63,840 nt of DNA, filler included, from Lenisia limosa (GCA_001655205.1; 11 parts of 11 records of this genome joined end to end with filler, not necessarily neighbours in it), one strand, 5' to 3'. Positions 23,771-34,100 are shown, counted from the first letter of the whole stretch. The notes: a model not told the origin generated them from the letters alone. A program made the numbers and translations.

Positions 23771-23872
23771 TTAAGCTTCACTTCGGTTTGAAAAAAACCG
23801 GTAAAATATCGATAGTTTTCGAGGATTTATCCAGAAATTTAGTCTCTTTTTTTGAACCGAAGTGAAGCCCAA
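23771..23872. mobile_element. hAT-type MITE (subfamily A)
   Basis: AAGCTTCACTTCGGTTTGAAAA...TTGAACCGAAGTGAAGCCCAA. Confidence 0.8.
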
Positions 23873-24059
23873 GGTATTCCAGACTTGTTCACAAACACGT
23901 GTTACCAAAGCTGAGATCTTGGGGGTTTTGTTCGTTTCAAATGGCCATCATCTTCACCANNNNNNNNNNNNNNNNNNNNNNNNNNNNNNNNNNNNNNNNN
24001 NNNTTAATTAATTAANNNNNNNNNNNNNNNNNNNNNNNNNNNNNNNNNNNNNNNNNNNN

Positions 24060-26946
24060 GGGAGGGGGATAGCTTCCCTGCAGTCCCCAAAAAGACAGAA
24101 TTTCCAAATTAATCCTCGATAAATGTCGATATTCTGATGGTCCTTTTCGGACCGTAGTGAAGCCCTAGATACCCCACACACCATATCCCTGGCTTTCTTC
24201 ATAAGACTATCAAGGTCTGCAAAAGCCTCGTCCATAGTTTCGTCAGCTTTGGCAGCCTCGTCCGCCTTCTTCCGAGCTATGCCAACTGCGGGGGTGAAAT
24301 GAAAAGTTCAACTCTCTATGTACATATGTAATATAAACCACTAAAAATGTAAAATGTCTATAAACTACACTATCTTAGCACCCCCTCCCCACCAATTCCA
24401 GCAGAGGAAGTTGTGAATTCCTTCTTTGTCTCTTCCTGCTTTTTCTTCGGAACATGCTACGAGGGACAGGTTATATCATATCGATATGATATATGATATA
24501 TAATTTAGTATATTATGCATAATAAAACTAGGTTGTATCTGCCGCGTCTACACCATCTCGCTTATAGTAAGATACTCAGTCAGTGGCCTTACAACTTGGG
24601 CTTCACTTCGGTTCGAAAAAGACCAATAAAATATCGATAGTTTTCGAGGATTTATTGAGAAATTCAGTCTTTTTTCGAACCAAAGTGAAGCCCTACTTAC
24701 AACTCTGTGCAGATAAACACCATTCACTTACAAGCGCCCCCATTCATACCTTCCATGCCATATAAACACACGCAACCATCCTTCACAGACACAACTTATC
24801 ATATAAACGTATACCAAGGGCTTCCCTAAGATCCGAAAAAGACAGGTAAAATATCAATTTTATCGAGAAATTCAGCCTTTTTTTGGGATCGAAGGGAAGC
24901 CCTACGTATACCATGTAAACACCCCATCGGGCGCGAGAGTACGGAGTTTGTTTGTCCCAAATGTATTAACTTGTTCCCCTAGATTTCTAATGTATAGTAT
25001 ATCATACATTATTTCTCTTGTTTCCAAAAAAAACACTTCATACCTTCCAGGCTTCAGACTTCAGAGCCGCAGAACACTGCTCCAGAAACGTCTATATAAT
25101 CAGCAAAAAAGTCCCGATGATATGGAATACAATGTTATTTCTCATTTCTACATATTACGCGATAAGTTCTGACACGATTGATGAAAGATAAAGCTCAAAT
25201 CCGTGTCAAAACTAATCACGGTCAATGATATGATCATATGTAGTGATATTATATGATATAGTAAAATATGCATGTTGGGGAGACGCAGAAAGCTGTGTGC
25301 ACAGAGTTGAAAGGCAAATGCTTGGGTGAATTAATATTACACTATAATCCAATATCTATGAAAGCATGATGGTGTGGACGGCTTCNNNNNNNNNNNNNNN
25401 NNNNNNNNNNNNNNNNNNNNNNNNNNNNNNNNNNNNNNNNNNNNNNNNNNNNNNNNNNNNNNNNNNNNNNNNNNNNNNNNNNNNNNNNNNNNNNNNCGCC
25501 GCTTCTGAAAGAGACACGGAAAGCACCCCCGTTCGAGACCGTGACAACCAGCTTGTGCGACGCCATCATCTTCTTCTGGTTGGGGTTAGAGGGGGGGGGG
25601 GAGCAAGAAAATAAAAAGAAAGGGATATAAAACGGACTAATATCAAAGGATGCATATCTTTGTATATATAATTAGTATTGTTACAAGTATAATCCATGTA
25701 TTTGTAGGGCTTCCCTACGGTCCGAAAAAGATTGTTTAAATATCGATATTTATCGAGGATATATCGAGGAATTCGGTCTTTTTTGGGACCGTAGGGAACC
25801 CCTAATTATTTGGGAGCGAAAAGTGAAGCCTTGTTTACCCCCACCACCAGTGCAGAAGCGACTGACTTGTGCTTTGTTTTAATTATAATTTTGAATCCTC
25901 CAAATGGTCACCAACATATTTGATTTTGGGTATTTTTGATTCATAATTATTAATCCTCCCTTATAAGCGTGATAGTGTTGACGGATACTACCCCTCTTCT
26001 AATACCTGGTGACTAAACTCCTTCACATCGGCGAGATTAAGCCCCAAAGTCACTACAATGTCAAATTCAAAGGAAAACGCAAAAATGTCAATAAATTCAA
26101 TATAATTTTAATAAAATCAATAAAATTTTAAATATAATGTCAATATAATGCCAAGTAGTAGGAAACAGTCAATAAAACGGTTATTCAAAGAAATCGGAAG
26201 AAAAACTCCTCTCGGATTGGCATATTCCTTTGGATTAAAGTTTGAATCCAAAGAAACACGGAAATCTCAAGGAAATAATTTGAAGTTACAATCGGTTATT
26301 AAAATTTGTTAAAACGGGATGATATAGTTTCCCCAAAATAGCCCTCCCACCCACCTTGATCCCTCTTCCAGAGCAGTCTATGAGTAGTGATGTAAATGGT
26401 GCCCTCTGTATGTGACGGTTTGCCTGACTTTACACCTTCATATAGAGCTGTGCCCTGGATTGTTAATACCCTCTTATGAAAGCAGGTATCCAAACCAAAT
26501 TCATTACGTAATCTTAGCCCAGCCCCAAATCCATGAATTTTGATTAAAATACAAAGCAATACTTACACTTGGATGCTCTTTTGTATTGTAATTAGATTAC
26601 AATCGACATGGTCTAGTTATAAATATGTTCCACCCTTACACACAGCCTGCATAAAATATACATACATATACATATATACATATAATATNNNNNNNNNNNN
26701 NNNNNNNNNNNNNNNNNNNNNNNNNNNNNNNNNNNNNNNNNNATCACCCATTCCTTGATATCCAAAGAGAACAAAAAGGTCCCCAGATCCCGCCACAAAA
26801 AACCCAAATAAGATCCGATCCTATTGCGACAGTACTCCGCAACTCCCAGTTCCTACCTCTTGCATTTCTCTGACAACCTCATCGTGGTCCTCAAAGAGCT
26901 CCGGTCGCCCGCTGGATGTGACTTTGAAAGGCTTGAGGCTCTCCAT
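24060..26946 (-). CDS. VPS36: ESCRT-II subunit VPS36 (GLUE domain), 3'-truncated
   Basis: MESLKPF..; GTALYEG..EGTIYITTHRLLWKRD (GLUE); FRVSFRSG; TFLEQCSAALKSEAWK; SAGIVGIARKKADE..MDEAFADLDSLMKKARDM. Confidence 0.9.
24069..24167. mobile_element. hAT-type MITE (subfamily B, diverged)
   Basis: TAGCTTCCCTGCAGTCCCCAAAAAGAC...TTTTCGGACCGTAGTGAAGCCCTA. Confidence 0.75.
24521..24718 (+). repeat. Element X copy interrupted by a hAT MITE
   Basis: GGTTGTATCTGCCGCGTCTACACCATCTCGC...GGCCTTACAAC[MITE]CTTACAACTCTGTGCA. Confidence 0.85.
24596..24695. mobile_element. hAT-type MITE, 100 bp, perfect 8-bp TSD CTTACAAC
   Basis: CTTACAAC|TTGGGCTTCACTTCGGTTCGAAAAAGAC...GTCTTTTTTCGAACCAAAGTGAAGCCCTA|CTTACAAC. Confidence 0.95.
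24816..24904. mobile_element. hAT-type MITE, perfect 8-bp TSD CGTATACC
   Basis: CGTATACC|AAGGGCTTCCCT...AGGGAAGCCCTA|CGTATACC. Confidence 0.95.
25277..25385 (-). repeat. Element X copy (reverse), cut by N gap
   Basis: GGGGAGACGCAGAAAGCTGTGTGCACAGAGTTGAAAGGCAAATG...ATGATGGTGTGGACGGCTTC. Confidence 0.9.
25705..25804. mobile_element. hAT-type MITE (subfamily B), VPS36 intron
   Basis: TAGGGCTTCCCTACGGTCCGAAAAAGA...TCTTTTTTGGGACCGTAGGGAACCCCTA; flanks TGTATTTG/ATTATTTG. Confidence 0.9.
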
Positions 26947-27182
26947 GGAGATCTGCGGAGCAAGGGGACTCTGATAAAAATTCGCTGTGATTTGTATACA
27001 AGAAATGTTTTTCAAACAAATTAGCAACAGGATGTTACAAAAGAGGGTCGTTAGCGTTGAGCAAAAGGAAAAACAGTAAGTCTGGGGGGCTTATACCTTT
27101 TCAAGGAATTTTTTCAATGATTTCTTGGTTAATTGTTTGGTCACTTGTTACTCTGTTGCCAGGTTGTCAGTGTTTGTTTTAA

Positions 27183-27295
27183 GCAAGGCAGGGATAGGAA
27201 ATAGGTCTTCGAATAGTCGAGTTTTTCGAGAACGCAGTCTTTTTAGTCCATCTAAGTGCGGAATTGGTAGCTTCTTTACGTTCAGCTCAGCAAAA
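27183..27295 (+). repeat. Dispersed ~110-bp repeat (family Y), uninterrupted copy
   Basis: GCAAGGCAGGGATAGGAAATAGGTCTTCGAATA..TTTTTCGAGAACG..AGTGCGGAATTG..AGCTCAGCAAAA; second copy at 28404-28593. Confidence 0.85.
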
Positions 27296-27488
27296 GATTG
27301 TGTAAGGCAGATTCTGCGCCGTCTGGCAGCTTCACAATGGAAAAAGTTCCTGTATGTTAAAGTTCAACAAATGGGCCCTCTTATTATTATTTAGACTCCC
27401 CCAGAAGTGTTAAAAAGGGCGAAGGTTGATCCTAAGGACCCCCCACAATCGGTTTGTCGGGGCATCAGACTTCTCTCCCCTTCTTCCA

Positions 27489-28808
27489 ATGGGAAAAAAC
27501 AACGTAAAATGAAGCAAAAGGGCTATTTGACTGGGGCCTGCAATCAAATCTTCTCGTTGTCATCCAATGGTTATTATGTTCAGGACGGGAGGACCAAGCT
27601 GTTGACAGCCTGCATGCGAGGCGATCTTGACGTTGTCGAAGTGCTTCTCAAGAAGGGTGTGGACGCGAATCAAGAAACAATCGTTGGGGGGTTGAGAGAT
27701 GGCTTCTTCTTGGATGTTCTGGGATGGGAAACCCGGATAGGGGAAGGCGTCGTGGAGGGTAGAGGGTTTGTTGAGGATGGACGAGGTGTTTGGAATGCGT
27801 GTGTTGGTTGTGATGGAGCTGGTTAACCTAGAGTGGTGCTTCCTTGTTTTAATGTTAATGAAAATGGGGAATGAAACGGTTTGATTTCGAGGAATCTCAT
27901 TACAGAGGGGCCAACATTCCGAAAAAGTGGTGATTTCCTAGCAGTATTTGTTGCTTTATTTGTGTTACGCTGAGATTTGAACCCTCCACTCCTAAAATTG
28001 TAAGAATATTTCGTATCATCTGCAAATGCAAAAACAGTTAACCGGGAATATTTCGAGCTAAAGAGCAGAAAGATGTAGTTTAACTTGATGGTCTTTTTTT
28101 GAGAGGATATCTGTGCGCATGTGGGCAGTGGTTTGGTACAATTCATTTCCACCAAAAATCGGCTCATTTATGACCTATTGCCCCGACATCTTGACTTATT
28201 ACTTTTGATAAATGCCCGCCTTTTTTTTTTTATATTAATCTTTGGATTTGATTTTGGTTTTTTATTTATCATATGTGTTTGGCTTACCTCTGCATAGCCG
28301 GGTGTTTCACCTGTTGAGTTGGAATCGGGATGATATTTTCGAAATCCGAGCCACCCTCCCCCTGTTTTTACACCCGACAAACCTCATTATTTGTTTGGTC
28401 GCTGCAAGGCAGGAATAGGAAATACAGTGACCAGGATAAGTCTTGACCGATTTTCTACGTAATTTCCCTGGTAAAATCGGTCAAGACTTATCCCGGTCAC
28501 TGTAGGTCTTCGAATACTCGTGTTTTTCGAGAACGTCTTGTTAGTGCATCTCAGTGCGGAATTGATAGCTTTTCTACATTTAGCTCAGCAAAATATACAT
28601 GTATATATATATAAGTTCCCTCACCCTCCAGATGGGCTTCTCCCCCCTCTACGTGGCATGCGGTGTGGGGCAGCCAGGCGAAGACGATCCCAAGATCTCA
28701 TCACGACCCAAGGTGCTGAAGGCCCTTTTAGCTGCCGGTGCGGACCCTTGTTGGACCCACGCGTCAACGCTCAGGAGCGCCCTCTTTAACTGCCGCACAA
28801 AGGAGCAG
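27489..28808 (+). CDS. Ankyrin-repeat protein (partial)
   Basis: DGRTKLLTACMRGDLDVVEVLLKKGVDANQ; MGFSPLYVAC..VLKALLAAGADP. Confidence 0.85.
28425..28502. mobile_element. Tc1/mariner-type MITE, 78 bp, TA TSD
   Basis: TA|CAGTGACCAGGATAAGTCTTGACCGATTTT...AAAATCGGTCAAGACTTATCCCGGTCACTG|TA; TIR 29/30 identical; empty site at ~27201. Confidence 0.95.
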
Positions 28809-28950
28809 GTGGGAGGTTTACGACGTGGAATTAGTATGCTGGGATGCAGGNNNNNNNNNNNNNNNNNNNNNNNNNNNNNNNNNNNNNNNNNNNNTTAATT
28901 AATTAANNNNNNNNNNNNNNNNNNNNNNNNNNNNNNNNNNNNNNNNNNNN

Positions 28951-28972
28951 TTACCATTGTTGTGTGTAGTTA
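28951..28972 (-). other. attC-like site, R'' end only (truncated by scaffold end)
   Basis: Minus strand: stop TAA, then ATAACTACACACAAC-AATGGTAA; R''-like ...CAAC complementary to the R' at 29969-29956. Confidence 0.65.
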
Positions 28973-28973
28973 T

Positions 28974-29939
28974 TTAATTTTCAGTTCCATAATATTCATC
29001 ACATTCCGAACAAAGTCCAGTTGCGTTATCTATGTCCAATTCTTTGTCACAGCGTGCACAATTGTTTTTTCTATGAATTTTTTTATCTCTTATTTCCAAA
29101 TGGTCTAAAATTACAGAATCGGATATCTCAAGTTTACAAAATTGACATTTAAGTTTTTTTACTTCAAATCCAATTATAATTTCATCTTTTTCAAAGGGGT
29201 TATATTCTTTAATAGGTTGTAAATAGATAACAGCACTGTTTTCACAAGAGGGACATTTTGTTTCTTCTTTGTATGAAGTACTCAAGATGTTTTTAGTAAC
29301 TTCTTCTTTGTCTATAATGAAGCCTTTGTTTCCTTTTAATGACAACCAGGTTTCTTGATGTGCCTCAAGGATAAGTTTTAATTTCTTTTCTAAATCGGTT
29401 TGTAAAGTACTGGATAGCTTTGAAAGTTTAATGTGTGACCCATCAAAGAAATGTCCTTTTTTTATAGATAGTTCGGTTGAAATATCTTTTAAAAAAGGAT
29501 AAAAATCCCTCTGAAGAATTTCTTTCAAAGAATTAATGTCTAAACGATTCAGTTCGTGGTGCACAATTATATCTCTGGCATTTGAAATATTGAATAAAAG
29601 ATTTTTATTGTCATAGCAAACTTTTGAAATGTGTTGAGCTCTTAACAAGCTATTACGAAACGTTATTACATCTTCATTCGGATTAGTTGCTAATTCCTTT
29701 GAAGTTTTACTTTCAGCTATGATTTTTTCTTTATAAAGACATTGCAAAGAATGTTTGAAATCAGGTTCAATTAATATGTAAATGGGATTTATATCATATA
29801 AAATTCCTTTTAATAACCTTTCTAAACCCAAAGCGAAATTTAAAGTCAATTGAATTACTTGAAAGTCATCCAAATTCTTTTGAATTCCGATTGAAACCAT
29901 TTTAAAAAACTTTCCAGAGTCAGAGAGATATATATTCAT
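28974..29939 (-). CDS. Bacterial cassette ORF, 321 aa: HEPN-like N-terminus (RxxxxH) plus four C-terminal CxxC motifs
   Basis: Intronless, AT-rich; LGLERLLKGIL...NARDIIVH; CPSC, CQFC, CARC, CSEC. Confidence 0.85.
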   Translation of the reverse strand: MNIYLSDSGKFFKMVSIGIQKNLDDFQVIQLTLNFALGLERLLKGILYDINPIYILIEPDFKHSLQCLYKEKIIAESKTSKELATNPNEDVITFRNSLLRAQHISKVCYDNKNLLFNISNARDIIVHHELNRLDINSLKEILQRDFYPFLKDISTELSIKKGHFFDGSHIKLSKLSSTLQTDLEKKLKLILEAHQETWLSLKGNKGFIIDKEEVTKNILSTSYKEETKCPSCENSAVIYLQPIKEYNPFEKDEIIIGFEVKKLKCQFCKLEISDSVILDHLEIRDKKIHRKNNCARCDKELDIDNATGLCSECDEYYGTEN

Positions 29940-29955
29940 TCAATTCAGGTTTTTC

Positions 29956-30098
29956 TAATTACACACAACGTTTATGTATAAGATTAGTGGCGTGATTAAG
30001 CACCTAATTTAGTATAGAGATACTTGCCAGAGAAAATTCCGCAGGAATTTTCCAAGTAGGCTAAAACTAGCCATTAATTTTATACGGTGTTGGCAAAC
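29956..30098 (-). other. attC-like recombination site (complete, ~135 bp)
   Basis: Minus strand: GTTTGCCAAC-ACC-GTATAA-AATTAATGGC...GAAAATTCC-TGC-GGAATTTTC...GCCACTAAT-C-TTATAC-ATAAAC-GTTGTGTG; imperfect long palindrome between a stop codon and the next ATG. Confidence 0.85.
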
Positions 30099-30102
30099 GT
30101 AT

Positions 30103-30791
30103 TTATAATACAAATTCCAACACTATTAACTTTCTAACGAGTTCGTTATTCAAGTCAGCTTCTTCTATAAATAACTCATTAATTTGTTCTTTATCAAAAA
30201 TATTTTTTCGGTCAGAAAATCGTTCAAAAAATCCGCCAAATTTTCTAATATAGTCGGTCGCTTGTCTGTACTTTCCATTATAATAATTCACGTATCTTAA
30301 ATTCATTNNNNNNNNNNNNNNNNNNNNNNNNNNNNNNNNNNNNNNNNNNNNNNNNNNNNNNNNNNNNNNNNNCTGAACATCAAATCCTTTTTTCTTAATT
30401 TTATGTAAGGTCTATCAACATCAAGAAATATTAAAGAATCTTCTTCTACCTTGTCGTAGGAACTATTTGGTAAAATCCAAACAGAGTCAGGATGATAGTA
30501 CATTTCCTTTTTTAATTCACTTGCCTCAAATCTGTTAGCAATCTCTTTAGGTTTAGGCAACCAATTTTCGGTTGTTCCGTTTTTATAGTCAATTAAGAAT
30601 TTCCTGTAAGATTCGTTTAGTTTAGAATTTGGATACTGTTTTTTCAGAAAGTCATTTTCAAAATCGTTTACAAGTAAAGTCAAAGTTTTACTGTTTTCCT
30701 CGCCTAAAACTTTCTCAAATTCTGTTATTTCTTTTTCGTTTGAACAACTAAAAGTCAGAAGTACAATTATGAATAGATTGATGAATTTCAT
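30103..30791 (-). CDS. Bacteroidota-type lipoprotein cassette ORF (spans internal N gap 30308-30372)
   Basis: MKFINLFIIVLLTFSC (lipobox Cys16) SNEKE...; the C-terminal part ..RKLIVLEFVL* (30306-30103) is inferred to be the same gene. The ORF-track start at 30914 runs through the attC-like site and is spurious. Confidence 0.8.
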
Positions 30792-30804
30792 TTTTTGGTC
30801 ATAT

Positions 30805-30937
30805 GTTTGCCAACGGTTTGTGTAAGGATAGTTGCGTGTGCAAGCAACTAACTTACTAAAAAAGGAACGAACCAGAGGAAAATCCGTAGGATTTTCCGAG
30901 TAGGCTAGAACCAAGCAATTTTTTTTATACGATGTGC
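30805..30937 (-). other. attC-like recombination site (R'' end cut by scaffold end)
   Basis: Minus strand: GTATAA..TTGC...GGAAAATCC-TAC-GGATTTTCC...GCAA..TTACAC-AAACC-GTTGGCAAAC, then ATG 14 nt later; shares the central AGTAGGCTA + palindrome block with the 29956-30098 site. Confidence 0.8.
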
Positions 30938-33900
30938 NNNNNNNNNNNNNNNNNNNNNNNNNNNNNNNNNNNNNNNNNNNNTTAATTAATTAANNNNNNN
31001 NNNNNNNNNNNNNNNNNNNNNNNNNNNNNNNNNNNNNTATAAGTATGGTCGAAATTATAACACATAAGGTTCATATTTTATTGAGTTGAATTGGAAAGCA
31101 ACGCTTGTATGTATCTATCATCACCCTTTTCCATCAGGAACCGTATAAATTGATAGTTATTGAAGTATTTTGTTACTCCAATAAATAAAAAAATAGTAAT
31201 TCGGTAGCACACCCACCCACGANNNNNNNNNNNNNNNNNNNNNNNNNNNNNNNNNNNNNNNNNNNNNNNNNNNNNNNNNNNNNNNNNNNNNNNNNNNNNN
31301 NNNNNNNNNNNNNNNNNNNNNNNNNNNNNNNNNNNNNNNNNNNNNNNNNNNNNNNNNNNNNNNNNNNNNNNNNNNNNNNNNNNNNNNNNNNNNNNNNNNN
31401 NNNNNNNNNNNNNNNNNNNNNNNNNNNNNNNNNNNNNNNNNNNNNNNNNNNNNNNNNNNNNNNNNNNNNNNNNNNNNNNNNNNNNNNNNNCATAAGGTAC
31501 ACGGTTTCTCAAAAGTTACACGGTTTCTGCGCAGCAGCATATCTATACGCAGTTGATCCTCTATTGTTTTAATTTACATAATCTTCATGCTCATAAAAGC
31601 CTCAAGAGTGGCAATTCGGCTCTGAGGAGGCATCCGAAACCACGGACTCTTCTTCGTCTTGTTCCTAATATTAATAAAAAAATGATAAACCACAGGACAG
31701 ATAGTTGACCCGTTCACAAACATTGTCCTCGAGTTCATGTGGGAACAGAACGACAACTTACCTCCCGGCTCATCTTGAAGGTCATATTGAACTTTGTTGT
31801 CACCTAAAACAGGGTCGGCGTAATATTAATTACCTGCAAACAATACCAACCATATCTAGGTAGTTAACCTACGTATCTTATACAACTATTTGATATGTTA
31901 AATGATGAACACAAGAGAAAGTCAGAGTTGTTTTGTTGCACATTGTACCAATAGAAATTACATAAATATAGTTTTCGCCGACCTCTAACCAAGAGGCGGT
32001 ATCAAGATCTTTGGTTGCGAAACTGCAGGAGGAAGCCCAAGGAGGCTGGCAACAGTGTTTTCAACAACAGGGTGATCGGCAGACAATAGTTCATGCAACT
32101 TATTCTGAGGAATAGTGAGCCGTTGAGAACAAGAGATGTTTGGCTCTCCAGCTGTTCAGGTCGATCAGAAAATCTATTCAGTGAGAGGAGTGTACATGTT
32201 TTGTGATATTTCAAAAACTTTTTCTAATGGAACATCATATCTGTGAGACCCAGCTTTGATGTGACATACATGTACGTATTACAACTTCACCAAATATCCT
32301 TTTTCTTTTACCTCTGCAGGATTTCCACAACATATCCCCAGTACATCAAAGGTACACATAAAACCACTAAGAATGGGGTAGATAGATAACATTGCCTTTT
32401 GGCATAAGGTCATATCCATGCTGACAGAATCTCGTGAACATCCTAAATGGGGATCAATGGTGTGTACCCATGATTGAGTAGTATATAACGCTGTAATCAG
32501 AGTGTTTAAAGAAATGGAATCAAGCATAATATTAGAGGTAATGTTCGGTATTTCACAATACCCATCCCTCTCCCAACCTAACCAATATGTTAAATCCAAA
32601 AAGTGCGAGGCAGGAATAGATTGTGCTGTAGAATTGAAACTGGAGATAGCCACTAGCTGAACATAGAATTCAAGCTGGTATCCGATCATTGTATTTTTTT
32701 CATAACAAACAACTGAGAAGGTCGCGTGTTACACTGAAACACTTGTGATTTGGTCGAGTTTCTAAGACGAGTATTATTTACACACATAAGACATTACGAC
32801 CGAGATGGCACTGCGTCTCAACGGAAGTATTTAAAAATATATGTACATAATAGTACCTCTACATATAAAACACTACACATTATCAAGCAATAAATTGGAT
32901 ACACGTTGCTTCATCAAAAATTAATGATACATTTACAACACACAATTTAGACAAGCTAGCCGAAGGCCCAATTATCTTCAGAGTTTCTATGTAATGGTGA
33001 AATTTGAGAGAAAAATGTTCAAAATAGTGCTGCAATCCCTCAGTGACAACAAAGGACCTTTTCCCAAGAGAGTCTTGTCTTGGATGGATGACGGAATGCG
33101 GTGGGAAAGTTCGGAAAAGCGGTCAGTGGCCGGTGCAATAGGGACAGAATTCCGTAAAAGTGACTCTTGTACCTTTTTTTTTGTGAAAACTACCCACAGA
33201 GAGGATAAAAAGAAGCTAGATAGGTGTACAAGTTGGAAACTACACAACATATATATTTCATCAGGAATAAACCCCCACAAAATACTGTTTGGAAATCCCG
33301 TTCCTACTTCAAATTTAGGGCGTTTCGCCTTTTTGGAGTCTGAGGGACTCTTTCCTTCCTCTCCTATATTCATTTAAGTACTGCAACAGATGAAGTAACT
33401 GATCAGTTCAAGTTCCATTCAAGGGCAAAATAAATTCGTACAAACCATTATCTTTTTTAAGCTACCAATCATACTGATATACTGATGAAGCAACAAAGAT
33501 ACAGGAAATAAAAGGACAGAAGGGGAGAACAAACTTACCGGCATGATCGCAGAAGAGGTTTTGATCAAAGTGCTGTGCTATGTTTTGATGAACTAAGAAA
33601 CTAAAAAAACTAAATAAAAAAAGGCACCAATCAAAGAAAAGACAGGAGAAAAAGAAGAAGGAGTTGAAGGAGCTGTAAGGAGTAAACTTGCAGCAAACTT
33701 GCAATTCCTGTAATGCAAGTATCCAACATGCATTTTTTTGACTCGCTCCCAACAAGATCATCTGTATGTGTTGTAGCAAAGATTCTAAGAAGGAGTGACG
33801 CAAGAAAGGCTCGATTTGTTGTTTATTTTGTAAAAGAGACTCACTCAGGCCAAGAAGGCAAATGGAGGCTTTCGATTCAATTTTCTATTAAACACCAAAT

Positions 33901-34100
33901 GGCAAAACTGGCAACAAAAGGCTTATTCTGAATTATTATATAGACCCCCCAGTGTTTTCTAGGTCCCCCGAGACCAATCCCGGTGGGGGGGCCTGGGTTT
34001 GATTCAGGTATTTCGGGGGTTTTCAGGTTGTATCAGGGTTGTGTTGCATTGTATTGTGTGATGAGAGTGATCAAAACCAATAGGTAGTACTGTGTTTGAA

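Noticed and set aside
29956-30098. CRISPR repeat interpretation of the bacterial palindromes
   Set aside because: Units are ~135 bp and separated by whole genes rather than 30-40-bp spacers; no cas genes.
30792-30914. ORF-track N-terminal extension MVLAYSENPTDFPLV... of the lipoprotein
   Set aside because: It is a read-through of the attC-like palindrome; the true start is the signal-peptide ATG at 30791.
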